From Acidobacteriota bacterium (GTDB lineage Bacteria; Acidobacteriota; UBA6911), in assembly GCA_963664705.1 (NCBI GenBank), contig OY761556.1, positions 192,001 through 256,000 on the forward strand: 64,000 bases of DNA. Direction: 5' to 3'. Both the position numbers and the translations under genes were made by a program. The first letter of the stretch is position 1, and every line of letters begins with the position of its first letter. The notes beneath the pieces were generated by a model that saw only the letters and a list, made by a program, of their open reading frames with translations, made no database searches and was not told where the DNA came from. Below are positions 58,030 to 64,000 of the stretch, one piece after another.

Positions 58030-60123
58030 CTATCTCATGGCCGGGATGGCAGCCGGCTGACTGGTTGCGTGCTCCGCCGCATACCGGGCTTCGGCTGCAG
58101 CCAATTGCTCTTTCAGGTTTCCCTTCGAGAAGATAACATCGCACGCGGTCCCCGCGGATACTTTAGTTCCTGGCGAAGGTGACTGGAAGACCGCAAGGCC
58201 TGCGCCTTTGGCCTGTAGTCGAATACCGAGTTCCATGCAGCGTGCCAGTACGGTTCTTTTGCCCAATCCTCTGAAATTTGGAATGATGATATCGGGTCCG
58301 CTCTTGACCTGTACGGTAATCGATTCCTGCGCTTCTTCCTTGAGCCCATTCTTTGGCGATTGCAAAGGCTGCACCGCATCGGGGATGTAATCCTCGGAGC
58401 CGACATCGGCAATGAGAGGCTTGAATTGTGGTAGAGGAATTGCCGGGTCCGGCTGTACGTGAAGCTGCAGCAATGTTTCCTGGGCGATCTTCTGAAAGAA
58501 CGGTGCACTCACGTCGCCGCCGTAATGCGCTCCCTTCGGTTCATCAATCTGCACAAGAATGGTGATGCGAGGGTGGGGAAGAGGTGCAAACCCGATGAAA
58601 GAAGAAACGTATTTGTTGGGTGAATATCGTCCATCGACGATTTTTTGCGCTGTCCCGGTTTTGCCGGCTGCGCGGTATCCTTCGAGAGCTGCGCGTTTTC
58701 CGGTGCCGCGGAGGACCACTCCCTCAAAAGCATCGGAAACCGCTTTTGCCGTCTCCGGGCTCATTAGCCGCACGCGCTCCGGAGTCGTTACTTTAGCCAG
58801 ATCCCCATTTGCATCGATAATCCGGTCTACAAGTGTGGGTCGGACCCTATATCCACCGTTGGCGATCGAGTTGATCGCCGTCAGTATCTGCATGGATGTG
58901 ACGCCCACTTCCTGACCGAATGAAATAGCACCGATCGAAAGACCGGACCACTCATGCCAATCGCGTACCAGTCCCACAATTTCGCCCGGTAGATCGATCC
59001 CGGTTCGTGAGCCAAATCCGAAATTTCTCAACGATTCATACAGGCGCTGTTCGCCCAGGCGCAAGCCGAGTTTAGCCGCGCCCACATTGGATGAATACTC
59101 GAGGATTTGGCCGAAGCTGAGCAAGCCATAGCCTTTGTGGTCATGGAAGACATGTTTGCTGATCGTGATGGTTCCCATCTGGCAATCGATCATCTCAGTC
59201 GGTCGGGTCAACCCGGCTTCCAGAGCGGAGGCCGCTACCACAACCTTAAAGGTAGATCCCGGTTCAAAGGCATCGGAGATAGCGCGATTACGCCAGACAT
59301 CGGACTGATATTTGTTGTAGGCGGTACAGTTGAATTGAGGGTAATTAGACAATGCGAGTATTCTGCCCGTGTCGGATTCCATGACAATTGCAGTACCCGC
59401 TTTTGCCTGAGCCTTTTCCACGGCGGCCGTAATCTCTCGGTCCGTGATGTACTGGATGGACTTGTCGATGCTCAACACCAGGGAATGGCCCTGCACCGGC
59501 GCTACCTCAACGTTGGCTTTGTAGGAGCGCCTCAGAGCATCCACATCCAGGGAGAACAAACCTTCCTTTCCCTTCAGCTCCTTGTCGTACTGCTGTTCAA
59601 GCCCGTAGGTTCCATCTTCGTTCATGTTTACGAATCCCAAAGCATGGCATGCCAATTCGCGATTGGGGTACACGCGCATGCTTTCCTCGACGAAATAGAC
59701 CCCCTCGATTCCGAGCGCCGCAATTTGCTTTTCCGCATTGGGATCAATTTTGCGCTGGAGGATGACATCTTTGCGCTTCGGGTCCGTCAATTTGTTGAGG
59801 ACTTCCTGTGGATTCATTTTAAGAATCTCCGCGAGTTTCCTGGCTGTCGCGGGGATGTTTTTTATGTTCTTGGGTTCGGCATGCGCCGTGCTGACGGGTA
59901 CACTTGTAGCCAGTTCCTCCATATGGCTGTCGTAGATAATTCCGCGGGGAGGCAGAATGGAACGCGTTACCTGCTGGTTTTCTGAGGCGATTTCAACGAA
60001 GGTCTGGTGCTCGAATACCTGTAATTGAACCAGGCGAACGAGTATCAGGAAGCTCCAGAGCGTGATTCCCAGGATTACAATGGCGATGCGTGTGGTTTTG
60101 AAGCCCTTTCCACCGTCGGACAT
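58030..60123 (-). CDS. ftsI: Class B penicillin-binding protein FtsI with C-terminal PASTA domain
   Basis: RG.I.D, R.YP, EPGSTFK (SxxK), SSN, KTGT; start ATG 60123. Confidence 0.95.
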   Translation of the reverse strand: MSDGGKGFKTTRIAIVILGITLWSFLILVRLVQLQVFEHQTFVEIASENQQVTRSILPPRGIIYDSHMEELATSVPVSTAHAEPKNIKNIPATARKLAEILKMNPQEVLNKLTDPKRKDVILQRKIDPNAEKQIAALGIEGVYFVEESMRVYPNRELACHALGFVNMNEDGTYGLEQQYDKELKGKEGLFSLDVDALRRSYKANVEVAPVQGHSLVLSIDKSIQYITDREITAAVEKAQAKAGTAIVMESDTGRILALSNYPQFNCTAYNKYQSDVWRNRAISDAFEPGSTFKVVVAASALEAGLTRPTEMIDCQMGTITISKHVFHDHKGYGLLSFGQILEYSSNVGAAKLGLRLGEQRLYESLRNFGFGSRTGIDLPGEIVGLVRDWHEWSGLSIGAISFGQEVGVTSMQILTAINSIANGGYRVRPTLVDRIIDANGDLAKVTTPERVRLMSPETAKAVSDAFEGVVLRGTGKRAALEGYRAAGKTGTAQKIVDGRYSPNKYVSSFIGFAPLPHPRITILVQIDEPKGAHYGGDVSAPFFQKIAQETLLQLHVQPDPAIPLPQFKPLIADVGSEDYIPDAVQPLQSPKNGLKEEAQESITVQVKSGPDIIIPNFRGLGKRTVLARCMELGIRLQAKGAGLAVFQSPSPGTKVSAGTACDVIFSKGNLKEQLAAAEARYAAEHATSQPAAIPAMR

Positions 60124-60125
60124 AT

Positions 60126-60194
60126 AATTGACGATTGACGATTTACGATTGACGAGTTCTTGGGGCGTCAACCGTCAATCGTGAATCGTCAATT
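60126..60194. repeat. Inverted heptamer-array hairpin (gene-less)
   Basis: ATTGACG ATTGACG ATTTACG ATTGACG - 11 nt - CGTCAAC CGTCAAT CGTGAAT CGTCAAT. Confidence 0.9.
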
Positions 60195-60215
60195 TATTCT
60201 CCTATTCCTGAGATG

Positions 60216-60656
60216 TTAATTTGCCGGGATGAATTTCGAAGCTCTGGCCTCTGATATTTTCAAGAGAGGCGCTTCGGAATCAGCCATGGCCATTGCATTC
60301 GACAATCCACTCTCCACATCCTGCGTCTGCGGCCGGATGAATTGATTTGGACGGAGCAGCGTCATTCCCAACTCATTGCGGGCTCTGTCCTCGATATTCC
60401 TCGGATTCTTCAAACAGTCTGCCTCAAGGCCGAGTTGCTTCTGATTACGCAGCAGGTTCTGCTCTGCTTTATACAGATTCTGGCTTTCATATCCTGTGCT
60501 TACAATCTGGCTTCGAACCCAGGCATAGAACATGAAAGCCGCTGCGATCATTGCCAGCGGAATGATATTCCGCAGGAGTTCCGAAAGCATGCTGGCATCG
60601 ATCTCGCTTTTGATGCCGTAGTTGCGTGTTTCGATTCCATCCGCCCAATCTGTCAT
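60216..60656 (-). CDS. ftsL: Cell division protein FtsL
   Basis: TM, GY..Q.L coiled coil, L..P..IE..AR..LGM; lies between rsmH and ftsI. Confidence 0.88.
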   Translation of the reverse strand: MTDWADGIETRNYGIKSEIDASMLSELLRNIIPLAMIAAAFMFYAWVRSQIVSTGYESQNLYKAEQNLLRNQKQLGLEADCLKNPRNIEDRARNELGMTLLRPNQFIRPQTQDVESGLSNAMAMADSEAPLLKISEARASKFIPAN

Positions 60657-60712
60657 CTCTGTCTCCAGTTTCTTGCTTCGGGCAAAGCATCCAAGGAGCC
60701 GCCGCCAAAGTT

Positions 60713-61666
60713 CTACAAGCGTTCCAATGATCTCAAACGAGCACTCCGGGCTCGCGGATTGGCAGCCAACTCCTCGGGACCCGGTACCATTGGCCGGGGG
60801 GTAAGGAGGTTAGCCAATTGTTGTCTAGGACACGTGCAAAGCTCCGGAGGCGCTTCACACACACACTGTCCGGCAAGCTTGCGAAAAGCTCTTTTGACAA
60901 TTCGGTCCTCCAGCGAATGAAAAGCGATGACAACCATTCTTCCGCCGGGCTTCAGGAATCCGAATGCTTCACCAAGGAACTCTTCAAGACCTTCCAGCTC
61001 TTCATTGACTGCAATGCGCAATGCCTGGAAGGTACGGGTCGCGGGGTGGATAGGCTGGTGGCCACGAACCCTCAAAACACGGCTGATGATTTCCGCTAAT
61101 TGCGAGCAGCGCGTTATCGGCGTCTTCCGGCGCTCCTGAACGATGGCTGCTGCTATGCGGCGCGAGAGCCGTTCCTCGCCATAGCGATAGATAATGTCCG
61201 CCAGTTCTGTTTCTGACAGTTTGTTGACCAAATCCGCCGCGGTCCATTGCTGGGTGCGGTCCATGCGCATGTCCAGCATGACGTCTGACTGGAAACTAAA
61301 ACCGCGTTCCGGCGTAAGGAGTTGATAGGAGGACACTCCTAAATCGATCAGAATTCCATCCACGGCCGGTCCCGCAAGGTTGTTCAAAATCAATGGCAGG
61401 TTTTTGTAGTTGTCGTGCAGCAGCCGGAGACTTTGTGCGTAATGCTTTAGCCGCACTTGAACCTTTTCCAGAGATTCCTTGTCGCGGTCGATGCCGATCA
61501 ACTGGCCGCCCGGCTGGATTTTCTCCAGAATCATTTCCGTATGCCCGCCCAACCCGACCGTGGCATCCACGTACGTACCACCCGGCTTGCAGCGCAGGAG
61601 GTCCAATGCCTCCTTCGGCATAACCGGAATGTGCTCGGGATCACGTGCTTCCAAGTGGTCTGTCAT
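60713..61666 (-). CDS. rsmH: 16S rRNA m4C1402 methyltransferase
   Basis: HIPVM, DATVG.GGH, DLGVSS.Q, RGFSF, LDMRMD, FHSLEDR.VK, NPRARSA.LR. Confidence 0.98.
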   Translation of the reverse strand: MTDHLEARDPEHIPVMPKEALDLLRCKPGGTYVDATVGLGGHTEMILEKIQPGGQLIGIDRDKESLEKVQVRLKHYAQSLRLLHDNYKNLPLILNNLAGPAVDGILIDLGVSSYQLLTPERGFSFQSDVMLDMRMDRTQQWTAADLVNKLSETELADIIYRYGEERLSRRIAAAIVQERRKTPITRCSQLAEIISRVLRVRGHQPIHPATRTFQALRIAVNEELEGLEEFLGEAFGFLKPGGRMVVIAFHSLEDRIVKRAFRKLAGQCVCEAPPELCTCPRQQLANLLTPRPMVPGPEELAANPRARSARLRSLERL

Positions 61667-61800
61667 GTTCTTCCGGGCCGTTGCTCGCACTCTTCACCGC
61701 CAGAATTCAAAAAACACAGTTCAAAGAATTGGTGATTCCTTTTTGGATCGGGACAAGATTGCTGCTCATTCTGAATTCCGGCTTCTGAGTTCCGAATTTT

Positions 61801-62241
61801 CTAAAATCCCTGATTTGCCAATCGCTCACGCTCTTCAGCTGTGAGCGGATCATCGATCAAGTTCTTTCGGAATACCTCATCATTCCAAACTTCGAGGTGG
61901 TCGGTTTTTCCAATGACTACAACATCTCCTGAAATCCTGGCTGCCTCCCGGAGCAGTTGCGGTATCAAAATCCGGCCTTGGGGATCCATTTGCGTGACCA
62001 GTCCGTAGTAGCTTGTAATTCGCTGCAGCTTCTGCTTGGCCGGATCCATTCGCGGCGGTTCCTGGAGTTTCTGAGCCATCCGTTCCCAAACGGATATGGG
62101 GTAGATTTGAGCGCAGTGCCCGTCGTCGCTGGTCACATAATAGTTGTTGTCGTCTGTTTCGGGCAGATCTCGACGGAATTTCGCCGGCAATCTCAACCGG
62201 GATTTTTCGTCGATCTTAGCTAAATAACTGCCCAACAGCAT
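61801..62241 (-). CDS. mraZ: Division/cell wall cluster transcriptional repressor MraZ
   Basis: KIDEKSRL.LP, D.QGRILIP..LR, G..DHLEVW. Confidence 0.95.
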   Translation of the reverse strand: MLLGSYLAKIDEKSRLRLPAKFRRDLPETDDNNYYVTSDDGHCAQIYPISVWERMAQKLQEPPRMDPAKQKLQRITSYYGLVTQMDPQGRILIPQLLREAARISGDVVVIGKTDHLEVWNDEVFRKNLIDDPLTAEERERLANQGF

Positions 62242-62310
62242 ATCAGACTCGCAACATGTCAGATGCCAATATTGTGAAATAGCTTTTCAGGGGAATGCGC
62301 TTCAAAGTGA

Positions 62311-62378
62311 TCCTCTGTCATCCACCTTGGACCACCTTTGACCACAAGACAATAAACCTATCGACAATTTGGTGTCAA
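62311..62378 (-). promoter_or_regulatory. dcw promoter with MraZ boxes
   Basis: Minus strand TTGACA (62378-62373)-18 nt-TATTGT, then GTGGT-N5-GTGGT-N5-GTGGA-N5-GAGGA (62345-62311), 10-bp period typical of MraZ sites. Confidence 0.75.
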
Positions 62379-62680
62379 GTGAATAGTAATAATAATTGCT
62401 CAGTAAATGATAGAAATTCAGGGCTTTGGCGCCTTAGATCCAAATTTTTCGTGACGAGGAAGGCTGGTCGAACCTTCGCGGCTTGAGCCCCAATGATTGG
62501 AGGCTGCTCCAAAATTCTGCATTTTCCTCGATTTTTGGTGGTCGAAAGTGGTTGGAAATGCAAAAAACGTCCCAGATAGCGGGGATTGACCTTGCAAGGC
62601 CTTATGGGTAACCGGAAACGCGAAACGGGAACCTTCTTGTGGTAACATGTCACCCTTTAATAATAATAAGGATATACCTC

Positions 62681-63790
62681 ATGAAAGTCGGGATAGTCGG
62701 ATTGCCGCAGGTCGGAAAGACAACAATATTCAAGCTTCTTACCCAGGGACGCGTGGATACTTCGTCCTGGGGAAGCAGCCGGGAAGCTCATATTGGGATT
62801 GCACATGTGCCCGATGCTCGCGTGGATAAGCTGGCGGAGATCGTGAAACCGAAGAAGACAACCTATGCCACGGTCGAGTATGTCGATCTCCCTGGCCTGG
62901 CACGTGGTGAAGGCAAGGCGGCTTTGCAGGGGCAGGCGAAGGAGATGTCGACTTATCTGAATAGTCTGAAAAATATCGATACCCTTCTGCATGTAGTCCG
63001 AGCCTTTGACGATCCCAACCTGCCGCATGTCGAAGGATCGGTGGATCCGCTGAGAGACATCGGCGTATTTGAGCTCGAGATGATCTTCTCGGACCTGGCA
63101 ATTGTGGAAAAGAGACTGGAGCGTCTCGTCAAGGATTTGAAAAAAACCAAATCGACGGAACTGGAACTGGAGAATGAGGTACTGCTTCGCTTCAAGGCTG
63201 CATTGGAAAGTGAACAGCCGCTTCGCGAACTGGAATTGTCTCCGGAAGAGGAAAAGCGTGTTCGAGGGTTTACGTTTCTATCGGCCAAGCCGATTCTCCT
63301 GGTCCTTAACGTCGGGGAGCAGGATGCCTCCAAGCTCTCTAAGGTCGTAGAGGAATTCGGGCTTCAGCAGCAGGCATCAAGACGCAATGTGGCGATTACT
63401 TCCGTCAGCGGTAAAATCGAATCGGAAATTGCCACGTTGCCCGCTGAGGATGCGCGGATGTTTATGGATGACCTGGGAATTTCCGGCAGCGCCCTGGATC
63501 GAATCATCCAGAATTCCTATGATCTCTTGGGTGTGTTTTCCTTTTACACTGCCGGCGAGCCGGAGGTGAGAGCCTGGACCATTCCGCGCAATACGGCCGC
63601 TTCTCAGGCTGCAGGCGTCATCCACACCGACATTGAAAAGGGATTCATCAAAGCCGAGGTGGTGTCTTTCGAAGACATGATTGAACTGGGAACATTCCAG
63701 GCTGCAAAGAGCAAAGGTGTTCTGCGCCTGGAAGGCCGGGACTACAAGGTGCAGGAAGGGGATGTCATCCTCTTCCGCTTCAATTTGTAA
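62681..63790 (+). CDS. ychF: Redox-regulated ATPase YchF
   Basis: GIVGLP.VGKTT.F, VPD.R, D.PGL, LS.KP, AG.IHTD..KGFI.AEV, EG.DY.V..GD...FRFN. Confidence 0.96.
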   Translation: MKVGIVGLPQVGKTTIFKLLTQGRVDTSSWGSSREAHIGIAHVPDARVDKLAEIVKPKKTTYATVEYVDLPGLARGEGKAALQGQAKEMSTYLNSLKNIDTLLHVVRAFDDPNLPHVEGSVDPLRDIGVFELEMIFSDLAIVEKRLERLVKDLKKTKSTELELENEVLLRFKAALESEQPLRELELSPEEEKRVRGFTFLSAKPILLVLNVGEQDASKLSKVVEEFGLQQQASRRNVAITSVSGKIESEIATLPAEDARMFMDDLGISGSALDRIIQNSYDLLGVFSFYTAGEPEVRAWTIPRNTAASQAAGVIHTDIEKGFIKAEVVSFEDMIELGTFQAAKSKGVLRLEGRDYKVQEGDVILFRFNL

Positions 63791-63868
63791 TAAAGGGGCG
63801 GTCGCAACTACTCCGAGTGCCTCGATCGGCTCGCGTATATGGATGGTGGTGACAGCCCTGTATCGCAT

Positions 63869-64000
63869 ATGGGAATCCCCTCAAGGCCGAGTTGTCGCAG
63901 ATTTTCATTGCAGTCCGGGTGCCGATGGATCCGGCATGTATTGCCGCTGGCTGCCTTGATTCTGCTGGGCATGACCACGGCGTTGTGCGCTCAGGCTCCG
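63869..64000 (+). CDS. Start of a probable exported protein (3' truncated by window edge)
   Basis: MGIPSR...RHVLPLAALILLGMTTALCAQAP, signal-peptide-like and open to the window end. Confidence 0.45.
   Translation, partial: MGIPSRPSCRRFSLQSGCRWIRHVLPLAALILLGMTTALCAQAP

Noticed and set aside
60124-60171. N-terminal extension of FtsI (MTPQELVNRKSSIVNY)
   Set aside because: It is a translation of the heptamer hairpin; ATG 60123 gives a normal FtsI N-terminus.

Overview
Bacterial chromosomal window, probably from an anaerobic Acidobacteriota-like organism (inferred from gene content and style). Left part (1-15.6 kb): a molybdoenzyme island with two divergent Mop-type aldehyde oxidoreductases. The left enzyme is followed by a cysteine desulfurase and an atypical NifU/IscU protein, with mobA converging on them. 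The right enzyme is followed by the Desulfovibrio DVU1551-1559-like cluster (flavo-FeS/CCG oxidoreductase, small CxxC protein, radical SAM, C-GCAxxG-C-C protein, CoA-ligase-like protein, XdhC). Middle part (15.6-41 kb): accessory genes, including a beta-barrel/MshEN-GT2/membrane-protein glycan operon, an ECF sigma/anti-sigma locus with two matching promoters, CZB/SDR/flavoprotein genes, and a ~390-bp REP-containing tandem repeat interrupted by an IS carrying a HARE-HTH gene plus a DDE transposase. Also here are a CBM9-CE15 esterase, a 2-oxoacid:ferredoxin oxidoreductase operon and a Phd/RelE toxin-antitoxin pair beside tRNA-Pro. Right part (41-64 kb): rph-rdgB, a rhomboid protease, a four-helix-bundle gene framed by inverted heptamer arrays, a PlpD-like patatin, a dcw cluster that lacks mraY and murG, and ychF. 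Best leads: (i) the heptamer-array/four-helix-bundle element and its gene-less copies, (ii) the two-gene IS inserted into a REP hairpin, (iii) clean absence of mraY and murG from the dcw cluster. All calls are from motif recognition by eye; no searches were run.
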